Assembly (NCBI GenBank): GCA_028534125.1
Contig: CM052832.1
Coordinates: forward strand, 13,518,001 to 13,582,000
Direction: 5' to 3'
DNA from: Lama glama
Lineage: Eukaryota
DNA length: 64,000 nt
Shown here piece after piece: positions 24,501-37,188 of this stretch. Position numbers and translations under genes: made by a program. The notes under the pieces are model-generated. The model saw only the letters and a program-made list of their open reading frames with translations. It ran no database searches and was not told the DNA's origin. Numbering within the stretch: position 1 is the stretch's first letter; every line of letters begins with the position of its first letter.

Positions 24501-27500
24501 TCCCAAGAGAAGAAGTCTAGCCTCAAGAGAGCCTTTTCTCTTAAGAAATATGCCTCCGAAGAGCCCAAGAGAGCGGGGGCTGCAGATGTTTCCAGCACAG
24601 AGTCCCGGCCGCCCAAGAGGCCCAGCTTTCTGCCCATGTGTGTCGGGGGCCATCGGCTCTCCAGCTCCAGCAGCCCTGGTGAGCAGGCTCACAGTTACCA
24701 TAGCAACACCACAGCTGCCTCCAGCTCTCCAACCTTCCTCAGGGCTGGAATTGGCCATTTTAAGAGCTGCCATCTCAGTTCTGACTTTTGCTCTGCCCTG
24801 AGCAGTGTGGGGAGGGCTGTGTGGAGGAGAAAAGGGATACCAGAAGGTCACCTCCTCACATGAAGCCTTACCATCTAGGCAATCCAGCTAAGCCCTCAAT
24901 GGAAACTGTGTTCAGGGATTCCCCTGACCATCCTCATCTCTCCCCAGCCTCAGCTTCCACCCTGGTAGAGGGTAGCATGTGCGGTAAGGAACTGGAGCTT
25001 AAGAGGCAGGATATCCGGGTTCCAAGCTGTACTTTCTGTATCGTTCCCCCTCTTGTGCCTCAGTTTCCTCACCTGTAAAACAAGACACTTCCCTGCTGTG
25101 TGTCTATACTCAAGTCAGTCCTCACAGCCATTATATGAAGTACACCTTATTATCCCCGTTTCACAGATGAAGGGACTGAGGCTTAGGAAGGTAAAACAAT
25201 GTGCTAATGGGTAGTCACATGGCCCATCAATGATGGAGCCGGAGCTACAGGGAGAGAGGGTCATTCTGGGCATCGGGAGGAACAACAGCCTAGCAGATCA
25301 TCCTGGCAAGGGGAATTTACATTTTAAAAGGAGGAGGCAATCTTTAATTCCAAAGAGTAGATCCCCAGGGGTCGGATTTCAGGCCACAAAGGGAGATATT
25401 TTCAGGCAAGGGGATTCTGGCTGTAACATGTTAATTTGTGCCAGGGCATCAGGCCTTTAATTCTCCAAGCTAAGAGGGTGGAGGGATGAGGCACCAGGAG
25501 AGGGAGGAGAGGGGAGCAAAGCCCAGGAACGCCCGCTGTATAGACGTGCAAATGGATTAGAGAGCTTGGTCTTCAGTAGTCAGAGCCATGGCCCTACCCA
25601 GCAGCTCCCCTCCACCCAACCAAGGCCTTTGTGTACACTAGCCACAGAGTACATTCTGGCATCTTCTGTGCATTAGTTAACACCGTCAGACTGACAAAGC
25701 ACACCCACCATTTCCTCTTGCTTCTCAGGTGTGGAAGAACCTGAAGTCCAAGAGGCTTTGTCTACAGTCGATGTGGATCACAGTCCCTTCCAGCTTTGCA
25801 CCCCAGCAGGACGCCGGGGACCTGAAGAGAATCCGCAGCGGGACAGAGCCTCGGAATTCAGTCAGTACCCTCTCTCCTTTTCTCAGGGGCCCCTTGGAAA
25901 ACATCTGGCCTGACTCCTCCACTTGCAGAAGAGAAAGTGAACCAGAGAGAGGCAGAGACCTCTCCTTACCTCCCTCTGAGCTCAGCAGGCTGGGGAGGCA
26001 GTGCAGGATCCAGAGCACAGGCCCCGAGCCAGAGTACTGTTACTTACCCTGTCTGAGCCTCAGCTGTAAAACCACAGGAGTGATGAAACCTCTTTGGGGA
26101 GGCCAACATAAGGAAATGCAAGGAAAGGGCTCAGATGGTATGATCTTTGGGGCCTGGATTTGAATTTAGGCTCTGACCTCTTCCAGCTGTGTGAACTTGA
26201 ACAAGTTATAGCATCTCTGGTCTCAGTTTCCTCATCTGTAAAATGGGGACAATAACAGTACCTACTTCCTAGAGTTGTTGGAGGCTCTAAATGAATCAAT
26301 GACAATAAAGCATTTTGGGCAGTACCATGAGCAGCTAATAGATGTTATTTGCTGCCATTTATTATGATTATTATTGTTGTTTTGTAGCCCAGCTTGAGAA
26401 CACAGCCCCAGGAGAAGTAGAGAGGATAGGAAATGGGGTGGGGACCCCAGGAGAGAAGCTGAACCAATGGGAGCTGCCATCACTGTTATTATTCTTCTAT
26501 CATTGGCAGAGTCATGCCTAGAATCTTATAATCACCGTCAGTTCTGTGTCTGAAGATCAGCTTCCCCTGCGCCCCCTCACCCCCATTCTGCCGTGTTTGC
26601 TTTTCACAGAAAATGTGCCCTGAAGGGGAATTGAGAAGGGCCCTTCTTCTACTTAGAAGAAGGGGAAGGAGTAGGGTGCAGGAAATTGTGGGGATCAGGG
26701 CTTTCCAGATGGCCTGGAGGCACCTTCCCCTGGAGGCAGTTTTCCTCACACCTAACATGGCACATCTGGGCCCTCAGTGGTGAATGGATAAGTGGACAGG
26801 TTCCCATGAAACCAGCTGTGCCCTCAGGCCACTTCTGAGGAATCTGTGGTCCCCATGGGTTGGGTCTAGGACAACCTCAAATGCAAGCTCATTAGCGCCC
26901 CTCCCTGGAGATCTGTGAGAATCACCCAGGGAGCCACTGGGCCCTAGGAAATGAAGACTGATCATAGAAGAGCTTCCCTCAGCACTCAAGTGTGAGCAAC
27001 CACTTTGTTCTTTTCTAGAAGAATTTATCCAGAAGATTGTTGCCCTACTCCAAGATGCAGAGGAGCAGGGGGGAGATAAGGTGAGGAAGATGTTCCCCAT
27101 GTAGACCCTGACCCTCACGATGGACACCCCCACCCCCACCCGGCACAATAACTCCCCTGCCCCTCCCCCAGTTCTACATCTTGCCAGAGCCTGGTTCCAG
27201 TCCCTCCTCCTCCGAGTCTCCCCCGGCCACTGCCGGCATACTTGTTTCCCCAGCTCTAAGCATCAACCCCTCGTCTCCCTGGGACACATCCTCTGGTTCA
27301 CAGTGGGTCTCTATTTGTTTCAGGGGCTGCTGGTCTCTTTCCTCAGCTCACTTGTAATCTCCTCAAAGGCAGGGATCCTGACTCAGTTTCCCTTATCTCT
27401 CCTGCAGCAACTTCAAGTCCAGGAGCCAGAGGTGACTGTAGAAAGCCTGGCCCCTGCCTGCAGGAGGAAATCCCAAGAGAGAAAATCCAGCTTCAGAAAA

Positions 27501-30500
27501 GCCTTTTCTCATAAAAAACATAGCTCCAAGGAGCCCAAGAGAGTCGGGTTGGGGACTGCAGGTGCTGCCAGCCCAGAGTCCCGGCTGCCTAAGAGGCCCA
27601 GCTTTCTGCCGCTGTGTGTCGGGGGCCATCGGCCCTCCATCTCCAGCAACCCTGGTGAGCAGGCCCAGGGTTGCCATGGTAACAGAGGCTGCCTCAGGGC
27701 AGGGTTGGCCAGCTGTGTGGTGTCTGAGCAGAGTGAGGGGGTGTGGGAGGGCTGTGGAGCGGAGAAAGCGGGCTGGTTGCCAGCCAGGACCACTCCCCAA
27801 TACCACCTACCCCGCACTCACACACTTAAACACCTAAAAACAAAGGTGGTGTGAGAGCAGTGCATCTGTTCATCAGCTACATGCATCAGAATCACCTGGA
27901 AAGCTGATAGAAAAACAGAGACCCAGGTTTGATGAAGTAAGATACGGCCCGGGCCTCTGTTTCCTCACTGCACCGAAGCATGAGAACCACCGGTGTACAA
28001 CAATTCCCCTGACATTTACGGACGGCCTGCGGCGTGCCACTTTCATACGTTTTATCTCATTTAGCCTACTTAATCCCTGTGAGGTCAGTCAGTCCTCTAA
28101 CTTCCATCTGACAGACGGAAAAAGGTTCAGACAGGCCAAGGGCTCAGCAAGCCTCGCAGAGTTATAGGGGACGGGGGCTCGCTCGGTGGGGCCTGTTGGC
28201 AGGCCTGCTTGTTTTCCTCCCAGACTGTGAGGAGGCCAGGGGGATGGGTGGAAGAAAGAAGAATGAGACTTTTGGAGGACCAAGGAGCGCTGTGAACCCC
28301 TCTGAGGCAGGTCCAATGGGGCTAGGGGTTCCCCGAGGAGCCTGGGAAACCAGGACCCCTCTGGAGCCAGTGCCTCTGGACAGCTTCTTGTCAGAACCTG
28401 GGTTCAGCGATGTGCTGGTGGATTTGAAACAGGTGCAGACACACTCATACCAACTCCTTTCTGCCCTCAGATCTGGAGGATCTCGAGTTCCATGAGCCCT
28501 CGCCTGCAGAAGGGGAGCCAGATGGGTCTTCAGAAGTACCCGCCCAGGCCAGAAGCCACAAGCCAGAAGCGGGACCTCAGCGAGGTGGAGCGAGTGAATC
28601 CAGTTAGTGGCACCTTGCTCTTTTCTGGGATGGTGGCCCTGGGGCTTCCCTTTTGCATGGATTTTACAGGTTGAATCCTAGTAGGAAACTGGGAAAGAGG
28701 CTAATGAATATCTCAGGAGACTCTAGAAGGGCAGGGGGGAAGACGCGGTTGGCCTTTGAACTGGGGCTGTTGGGGCAGAGTTGCAGGTGGAGAGCCTTCT
28801 TTAGGTAAAGAAAACCTGTCTATTCTGCAGATATAAATTCATACCCTCCCCCCATCTCATTACTTTGCTAAATTGTTTCTTATAAAATTCCTAGCTTGCT
28901 CAGGGTCTCACAACCAGTGGTGTACTGGCCACAAGCGCTGGGCAGGGGCAGAGGGTCAGGGGGAAGCCCTGATTTGTAGCATTTGCAGATTTCTGTGGTA
29001 TAAATATTTTCACAATGGCCGATTTCAAGCTGCCAACAGTTTACAACAATGGGTCCACAAATTTTCTGAATATTTACAACTAACTCTTGGTACAAGCAGC
29101 CACTGGCACACTGCCGTTTATAGCCCAGGCAATGGTGCACTCTTGCTCCATCAGTAGCCATGGCATGTCCCCTCCCTGCATTCAGGTTAGCTGTTCCTGG
29201 TCCCAACTCCCATTCCTGATCACACTGCTCTGTAGCCTGGGTAACGACATTGGGAGGTCTCAGTTTCCTCATCCATCAAATGGAGCTGAATGCAGTAACA
29301 GGTGAGGCTCAGCAGGCCAAAGTCCCTTCTATTTCGATAAAGCAAACCCAGATGAAGCTCTCACATTCTACCCTAGTTTAGGGGAAGATTTTTGTTTGCT
29401 CTTCCTAATTAATCTCTGTACTGTGCTTCAGAGACAAAATACTGTCTGTAGTCAATGGATGTGTTATTGCAGAGCTTGTCAACAGTCCCTCAGTCCTTCT
29501 TTATTTTCCTTAGAGGAGCTGATCATCCAGAAGCTGGTGGCCCTTCTCCAAGAAGTGGATGGCCAGTTAGGGGACCAGGTGAGGACTGACCCCAAGTTCA
29601 ATCCCCACCTCTGCATCTGCGTGACTATGGCATGTCCCTTAACCTCTGTGAGTCTCTGTTTTCTCTTTTGCAAAATAGGGGATAAATACCTACTTGCCAA
29701 GGTTAGTACATATACAGAAAATGCCAGACATATGGCAAATGAGAAAAATATTAGTTTAAATGAATATAAACCTCATGTAGCTCCCCCTGCCAGCCAGGAC
29801 CTCCCCTAGTCCAAATCCTCCTTGAAGTTCAGTCCAGGAAGCCTCTTTCCCCAGGTCCGGGCTGCCGGTCCCTCTGATCTTGTCCTCTCCTATCACTCTG
29901 CCTTGGCACACAGTTCAGCATTTACATGGTCTCCAATTCTTTCAAGCATTTAGATTTTCCTCCCCTACTAGATAGCCTATAACAGAAGGTTCCCTGCCTT
30001 TGAAAACCTTGCAGTCTACTTGGAGAGACCTACACAGATCACTTAGGAAGAGGTGTCAGGAGTGAGGGCAAGTCACAGATGAGTAATTAGTATAGCAGAT
30101 GCAGTTGGTTCCTCGCCTTAACACCACCTGGCCCAGCTCCTGACGGCCAGCACCTGCATCCTTTTGCCTGAAGACTGGCCCCCAGAGCCATTTTAACACC
30201 CAGGTGGTAGGCCAGAATGAGCACTGTCCACCTCCCCAGGAGCAGCCCTCAACCAATGGCAGATGGGAGCTGGTGTATACATATCCTACTCCCTTGCCCC
30301 TTGGGGTGATAATTCTGAGCAGTGTGCTCTACATGGGCTCCCAGAGTGCCCTGAGGGGATCAGGAGCTGCCAGCCCAAGTGGGCTGCTGTCCCATTTTTG
30401 TCCAAGGTCTCCATTCCCTCATCCATGTTTGCCAGGATCATTTATCACCTAAATGAGTTGCATCCGAGTCCTGGTCTCTGGGTCCACCTCTGGAGAATCC

Positions 30501-32819
30501 AACCTCAAACATTTAGGTATTAAGATGAGGAGGCTTAGGGTGAAAACTGAAATTCATCCAACATCCACTCTGCCCAAGACATTACGTAAACTATCTCATT
30601 TAATCCCCTCCCCCCAGCAACAACGGTGGTGGTAGGGATATTATTACTTCCATCTTATACATGACCAAACAGAGGCTCAGAGAGTTCACACAGCTAGTAA
30701 ATGCGATTTAAGCACCTATTATCTAAATCCAAAAACCTGCATTTTTTTCTCCCCTCTGTGTTGAGCTGCTTGGAGCTGAAACTTGCAGAACAGATTCTGA
30801 GAGGCTACGGGTGATGGAGGAACTTAACAAGGGATGCTTGTCTCAGGGACGATGAGGCGCCCAACCTGGCTGTATGGCATTGGGGAGGGGGCAACTGATG
30901 GGAGGGAGCCACCTGCCAGCAACACTGATGGCCTGCTTTCATTTCTGCTTGCAGATCAGGCGACACCCCAGCTTTAAGAAATTTTTTTACAAGCTCTCAG
31001 ACTCCTCCCTCAGAAAGCTGCTAGCCACCCTGCGCAGCCAAGAGACCCCTTCCACCGAGTCGGACGGGAACCTCACCAAGAGTCCCTACCCGTTTGTCTT
31101 TGGCCTGGCTAACAAATGTTCTGGCAGCAATTGCAACGTCACCCTCAGCCTCGTGGGCCTACACTACAGGCAACCCAGTTATAGCCAGTTCCCATATGGG
31201 GAGGCCCAGCAGGTGAGAAAGGGCAATTGCACACAAAGGGTAACAGGCTCACAATCACCACAGGATCTCCTTGCTGTCCTCTCCCCTCCCCTGCTCAGAT
31301 CAGGACTTTCGGGGTCCAGCTCAAATGCCACCTCCTTATGGAGGCCTTCTGAGACAACCACAGTGGACTTTTTCTTTTCCAAAACTCTCTCTGGCTTTAT
31401 CTGATAATTAAAGCACCTTCTTCATTTGGCTCTGATCTCCAGTTTGGATATGCCTTTTCATACTTCTAGATATCAGTATGGAATATTGGACTGGGTACTA
31501 TCTTAGCTTGCCCTCTTATTTCTTGGGCTCTGCTGCTTGCCTTCCCAAACTGAGACTGTCATAAAAAAAAAAAAGAAGAAGAAAGTGAAGTAAGATTACA
31601 TATCAAATAAGGGATGGCTGAGGTAGATGAGAAGGATCCCTGGGCTGTTTGGTTCTGGAAGGCTTCCAAGAAGCCATCCTTCACTGACCCTGCCTTGATT
31701 GATTACGAAGAGCCACTCTTCTGCTGTCACTCACTCTTTTGACTGGTTTCGTGCTATTCCCAATAACCTCTGTTCCCTGAGGCTCTGGGATGGTCTCTAT
31801 AGAGATAATAACTATCACTATTTTTTTTTAATCTGAGTTTTCTGGTGGACTCTGATAAAATTCTCCCCACCCTTTTCAAATTCACTTAAATGACCAGATC
31901 TATAGTGCAGAAACTACTGAGTGAAGTTGTGATTTTCAAGGAGTGAAATGTCCTGTTGGTGTTGGACAAATAGGACCAGAACTTCTATATCCAGAAGGTC
32001 CCCTGGGAAACCAGACTTTTATTGCAATGGTGTCACCGTCAAACTCTTAGACTTCCCCTCCTGGAATTACCTTTAGAAGCCATGTGACACATCTCTCAAG
32101 AAAGCTGGTCTTAATTCCTGACACTTGAACTTTTCATTCGAATGGTCTGTCCTGCATTGGCTTGTTTTCCTGGTGGGAGCTCCTCGTAACCTTAGACCTC
32201 TCGTTTCTCAGACTCATTGTCCTCTCCTAGAGAATGAAGATAATTTGCTCTCCAAGATGGGTTAGGTAATAGCTTACAGAGGGATCTGAGTTCTTTGTGA
32301 AAGATATTAGAGACACTTCAGCTCTGACATCTGCATTAGCCCTCACTCCATCTACTGGTTTTACTATTCATTCATTTATTCACTCATTCATGTGACCAGT
32401 AGACATTCAGAGCCTCCTATGTGCCTAGCTGTGCAAGGTGCCATGAGGGCAGGTGGAAGGTTCAGCTAGTGGAAAAGACAGAATGTTCACTGATGACAAA
32501 ATTAAATATCAATTAAATGCCAAATTAGCAAAAACTGAAGTCAATAAAGCAAGTTGGTTCTGGGAACCCTTCCAGGAGGTAGCAGGCATTGATTTTGACC
32601 TTTGAGGATGGAGAGGCTGTAGATGGGAAGAAAGGAAGAAGAGGACACTGCTGGTAGGAAGTACTGTGTGAGCAAAGACCCAGAGGTGGAAGCCAGTGGG
32701 TTCATGAGAAGTCTGCTGTTATCAGGGTGGGACCCACACATAATTGGGCTGTGGTTAAAACCTGTGTTCTTTTTTCATCCCAGAACATCACAAGCTCTCA
32801 GACCCAAAGTCCAGATTGA
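20919..32819 (+). CDS. BNIP5: BNIP5 (C6orf222), BH3-motif protein; complete multi-exon CDS, 658 aa
   Basis: Exons 20919-21537, 22423-22542, 24148-24212, 24438-24678, 25729-25860, 27019-27080, 27408-27654, 28471-28602, 29514-29578, 30955-31212, 32784-32819. All have GT/AG sites and compatible phases; they sum to 1977 nt. The protein matches recalled human BNIP5 ([58 protein letters not shown]...SPD*). Confidence 0.95.
22423..22542 (+). CDS. BNIP5: BNIP5 coding exon 2 ([10 protein letters not shown]...EEELKKPD)
   Basis: ttccag acceptor, GTGAGT donor, 120 nt. Confidence 0.9.
24148..24212 (+). CDS. BNIP5: BNIP5 coding exon 3, BH3 motif ([22 protein letters not shown])
   Basis: cttccag acceptor, GTGAGG donor, 65 nt, LxxxGD core. 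Confidence 0.93.
24438..24678 (+). CDS. BNIP5: BNIP5 coding exon 4
   Basis: NAGNAG acceptor (cagcag; 24441 is an in-frame alternative), GTGAGC donor, 241 nt, [14 protein letters not shown]...[14 protein letters not shown]. Confidence 0.9.
25729..25860 (+). CDS. BNIP5: BNIP5 coding exon 5 ([10 protein letters not shown]...DRASEF)
   Basis: ttctcag acceptor, GTCAGT donor, 132 nt. Confidence 0.9.
27019..27080 (+). CDS. BNIP5: BNIP5 coding exon 6 ([21 protein letters not shown])
   Basis: ttttctag acceptor, GTGAGG donor, 62 nt. Confidence 0.9.
27408..27654 (+). CDS. BNIP5: BNIP5 coding exon 7
   Basis: cctgcag acceptor, GTGAGC donor, 247 nt, [14 protein letters not shown]...[14 protein letters not shown]. 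Confidence 0.92.
28471..28602 (+). CDS. BNIP5: BNIP5 coding exon 8 ([17 protein letters not shown]...)
   Basis: ccctcag acceptor, GTTAGT donor, 132 nt. Confidence 0.9.
29514..29578 (+). CDS. BNIP5: BNIP5 coding exon 9 ([22 protein letters not shown])
   Basis: ccttag acceptor, GTGAGG donor, 65 nt. Confidence 0.92.
30955..31212 (+). CDS. BNIP5: BNIP5 coding exon 10 ([11 protein letters not shown]...QFPYGEAQQ)
   Basis: ttgcag acceptor, GTGAGA donor, 258 nt. Confidence 0.92.
32784..32819 (+). CDS. BNIP5: BNIP5 last coding exon ([11 protein letters not shown])
   Basis: Polypyrimidine tract plus cccag acceptor. Matches the recalled human C-terminus NITSPKVESPD. TGA at 32817-32819. Confidence 0.9.
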   Translation, partial: NITSSQTQSPD

Positions 32820-34826
32820 AAACTGTGCTTTGCATTCAAGTTCCCTCAAACTATCCAAACTTTGGCGGCTTTAGCCAGGAAACCCTGAAGATGCTCCGTG
32901 ATGTCCCAATCCAGTGCTACATAGACAGGACTGAAGACAACAGCTGGCAGCCATTCTGTATTCATGCATCACTGTGGGCTTCTTGAGACAGAGAATGCAC
33001 AAAGTGTTCTTCCACAAACCTGGGGTCAGAGGCCACTGGAGGACATAGCATTGGACTGGGATTTAGGAGACCAGGATTCCACCTGCTGATCTGTCCCAAA
33101 CTTGCTGCAAGACCTTGTACATGTCCCATGTGCCCTCTTTTCTCCAGACCTTGGATTCTGGGCCGGATTAGTGACCCATCAGACCCCTTCTGGCTCTATT
33201 ATGCTGAAGTCTCTCTAAAGCGAGGTACTAAGTGCTTTCACTCTGGTGAAATACACTCACCCCAATGAGCTTTAAGTACTGACCAAATGAATAAGTGGAC
33301 GAATGCGTGAATGGACGAATGATCAAGGGGAAGAACCCCTGAGATCCAGACAATTCTGCTAGGCATTCGCTGGGAGGCCTTGGTCCTCAACCGGAATTGT
33401 GCAACCAGTGGTTCTAACTCTGAACTGGGAGTTAGGGAGGAAATGGGGGAGCTACCTCAACAGTCATTGGTCCAGAGCATTGGACCAGGAGTCAAGGCCT
33501 TTGCATTCTGGGGCCAACCCTAGTGCCTAATGCCAATTTATGTGCCCTTATTTTTTTATCATGTAATTTTCATGATCTACCAGGGCTAATGATATGCCCT
33601 CATCACATAAGAGGCCTTTTGACATTTTTCAGATGTTAGTTTTAAATGAGTCTTAGTTTTAAAAATAAATTTTTGGTTAATCTCTCACCAGAACATCCAC
33701 ATGCACTTAACAGATGCGTATCTATGTATAATACATAATTATCCAGTTGACCCAACAGTGCTTTATGCCCATATGAATATGTAGATCCTCCCAGGAACTC
33801 TGCAGCCTCCAGATGGGGAAGACCTATAGACTGGGGACAACTGGTCTCTCAGAATCCTTCCAACTCTGTATCCTATAATTCTACAATCAGAGAAATGTTG
33901 ATGCTTTGCAGCTCTCCTATCTCATGGGGGTTTGCCAAAAGCCAGTAAAATGAATGTGAAGAGTTCTGAAATAACATAGTGCTGTGTCTATGTATGTTGT
34001 TATTTTTATTACAGCTACAGTCTGGGTAGTTTTCAGGAAATGGGGGGGAGTTTCAAGCTGGATGGCTATGGATGGTTGCAAGAGTGTGCACTGCTCAAGA
34101 GCACATACCCCAGGAAGTGCTATTCACTTCCAAGACATTGTGAATTTATAGATTTATGATGACGATTTTCCAGCTCATAGCAGTAAAGTGTCTTGAGACA
34201 GGGGCTTCTTTTTTTTTTTTTTTTTTTTTTTGCACAAAGGTGAGGTTTTGTCTTCTACACAGCTGAACAGTTTCAACAACTTGGCTCAGGTGGACAATTT
34301 CCCATGTGTCCATTTTCTACATGCATGCCTGACAGCTATGAACAAGGGCTATGAGCCCTTGGACATTACCTGGAACACGAGGCCATGGGGAGAGGGTGTT
34401 AAAACCTGGATGGCAAACTCATTCTTGTTACTTTCAGTAGACACTGTCTTGCTGTGTTGAACTTGTGGTGAGCACCATTAGGTGGGGCTGGGGAGGGGGA
34501 AAAACCAAGGGCAGAGAGGCCCTGGGCACTTAGATGGGACTGCCCTCAAGTCTGAGGCAACATTTTAGATTCTGAAAGTCCTTTAGTGTTATTGCTGCTT
34601 CTGAGAAGTGGTGGGGGGAGGGGGGAGGTATTTATGGATTGATTTTACATGATGTTCAGGAACGTGGTGCCAAAATGTGAAGGATTAGAATCCTTCTGAA
34701 ATGAGGGTCAGGAACCTTCTGCACATGGTTTCTTATTTGGAATGATATTCTTTAAGCTGTATAAGTATTTGGTGAGTTTCTGATGCTGGCATCTGAGTCT
34801 CATTTTTGTACTCTGTTATTTGAGCA

Positions 34827-34832
34827 AATAAA
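34827..34832 (+). terminator. Candidate BNIP5 polyadenylation signal (alternative at 33664-33669)
   Basis: AATAAA about 2 kb downstream of the stop codon. Confidence 0.4.
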
Positions 34833-35248
34833 GAAATTGATTTGCACAAAGGTCTTACTTGAATTGGATTATTCACCATGGAGGCAAAATGGGGCCACCT
34901 ACCACATCTAGGCCAGTCTGATGCCTGCTTTAGGAACGCATTTGAAAGCTGGGCAATTGACATCAGGACATGACCGAATTTCTCACCCTGAGAAGTCAGG
35001 AGGCTTAGTGGGTGAGTCAGAGATAATGGGGTCAGGGGACAGCTGGCTGAGTTGGGGTGCTAGCTGGGTTACAGGGAGGGCTGTGCTGTAGGTGTCTGTG
35101 ATTTGCTTGTTTAGAAGGCCAAGGAGTGTCCTGGCCTTGACTCTGGTACTGGTGAGAGCTCCCAATTTCAAAGCACAGTGACTGGCACATCAGGGAAAAA
35201 AAAATCCATTAGTGTCAGTTTAAAAAAAAAAGGGAGGAAGGAATTATT

Positions 35249-35418
35249 AGGGTTGCCAAATTTAGCAGAGAAAAATATGGGTGGCCCAGTTAAATTTGAA
35301 TTTCAGATCTACAACAAATAATTGCAATGCTGGGGGCATACTTATACTAAGTAATTATTCTTTGTTTATCTGAAATTCAAATTTAACAAGGTGTCCTGTA
35401 TTTTTTTCTGGCAACCCT
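35249..35418. mobile_element. MER53-type palindromic hAT MITE
   Basis: TIRs agggttgcca / tggcaaccct, plus the internal inverted repeat gttaaatttgaatttcagat / atctgaaattcaaatttaac. Confidence 0.8.
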
Positions 35419-36646
35419 GGAACAAATGCAAGAACAATTCTCTTAATTACCTCAAAATGGGGAAAAGGGAAATTAAAGAAAATGAAGGAAAATACATAAG
35501 AGGATTTATCGATACTCATATAACATAAGAGCGTCTGAGCTTTAAATTAAATTTACATGTGTCCATCTCAGGGGCCACATTTCAGGGCTGTCTTCCACCC
35601 TGTCCACTGGGATTTGCATTCTAGGATTTGTTAAGCAAATGCACCAGAGGCCTGTGGGCAGCCCAGGCTTCCGTACTGGGCCTGGCTGGGGCTAGAGGTT
35701 ATTCACACTCTGCAAAGAAGTGAGCCAAATTTTTTCTGGACAGGCTGGAAAAATTGAGGCTGAAGGTGTCTTTCTCGTGGAACATTTTCACTACAGGTGT
35801 GCAGAGGAGACAGAGTCTGCTCTCATTCGGGCTGGGGCTGGGGGTGGGAAGGCACGTGTGGCCTCCCATTTCCTCTACAATTACAGCAGGACTCGGGGAA
35901 GGCTGGGGCGGCCCGCTCAAGCCGGCCGCATCACATAATCTCTGGGGAGCTTGTAATGGCTGCGAGTCAGATCAGATCAGCTCCACCAGGGTAGTCCCAC
36001 GCGTGACTCAAGTGGAGTCCGCTGGTTCCAAGCCAAGCCTTTCGTACGCTGTACGAACAAAAACAGGCAACAGAAGAAGACACCACAGGAAACAGAAATG
36101 CCTCAGCCCTGTCTGACCCCCCCGAGTTCTGCCTTGTGGGCGAGATCCTAGGAGCTGGGCTGAGAGGAAGGCTTGAGCCCAGCTGGCTGGGAGGAGGCTG
36201 TGCTGCACCCTCTTCAGTGCCCATTTGTGTTGACGTCCATCTGTCTGTCCAGAAGAGGGTAGTAGAAAGACCACAGGGAAGCTGGGCGGGTGTTTAGACC
36301 AGATGGCTCCTGCCCGGGGGAAGCAGGACCCACTAGACCGATAGGCTTGGCAGTGGGTGGCACCTCGGTCCCTGGAAGGCCTGGGGTGAGGGGAGGGTGT
36401 CTGAGAGCTGCGAGGGGAAGGCTCGGTCTCACCGGCGTCAAGTTCTCTCCTGTTCCAACTCAAATTTTCTCTCTCGGCTCACAGCTTCCTAGAAAAAGGA
36501 CACAAATTCATCACTTCTAAGTTCTGCATCTAGGACTTCCCTCCCCTTATTTCCACTGAGATCAGTCCCCACAGTTTCATATGCCTTGGGCATCCTGAGC
36601 AAGTAGGTAAGCTGATGGATGAAAACTGGAAATCTCAAGGGTTCAC

Positions 36647-36652
36647 TTTATT
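36647..36652 (-). terminator. Candidate PNPLA1 polyadenylation signal
   Basis: TTTATT on + (AATAAA on -), about 540 nt downstream of the exon 9 stop codon. Confidence 0.5.
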
Positions 36653-37188
36653 TTACAAGGGTCTTTTGCAAAAGGAGAATTCCATTTGCAGAGCAGGAGT
36701 TGATAAAAGAGTGTTTGAAACATTATTTGATGTACAAAAGTCTGGCTTTTCAGGAAGGGAGAAGAAGAAGAGTGGCCTCCAGGGTGCTGAGTACATTTGT
36801 GCAGGCTGCACACTGCACAAGGATACACTGCTGATAAAAAAGGGTAGGCAGTTCATAGACATATTTATTTCATATGTTATTTGTACAGTTTTCTGAATGT
36901 TATGTATACATTTTGTAGCTTTGTGTGTCATTCATACAGTTTTCTAGCAGTTGGCTGTCAATTGCTCAAACAAAATCAGTCTATCACAACAACCTTCCAG
37001 CTGGTGATCAAGCTCTCGAGGAAAGAGTGCTGTTTTCTTAGTGCACAAGGCATTACATGGGCTAATGTTGGCTTTGACTGTGACCAGGAAGAGGCAGGTA
37101 GGGGCAGAAAGGAAGCTGAGCTGATGGGGCTCAGGGGTCACCACAGCATCCCTGGACAGAGCAGGGGCACCCTGGGGAATTCCACATC

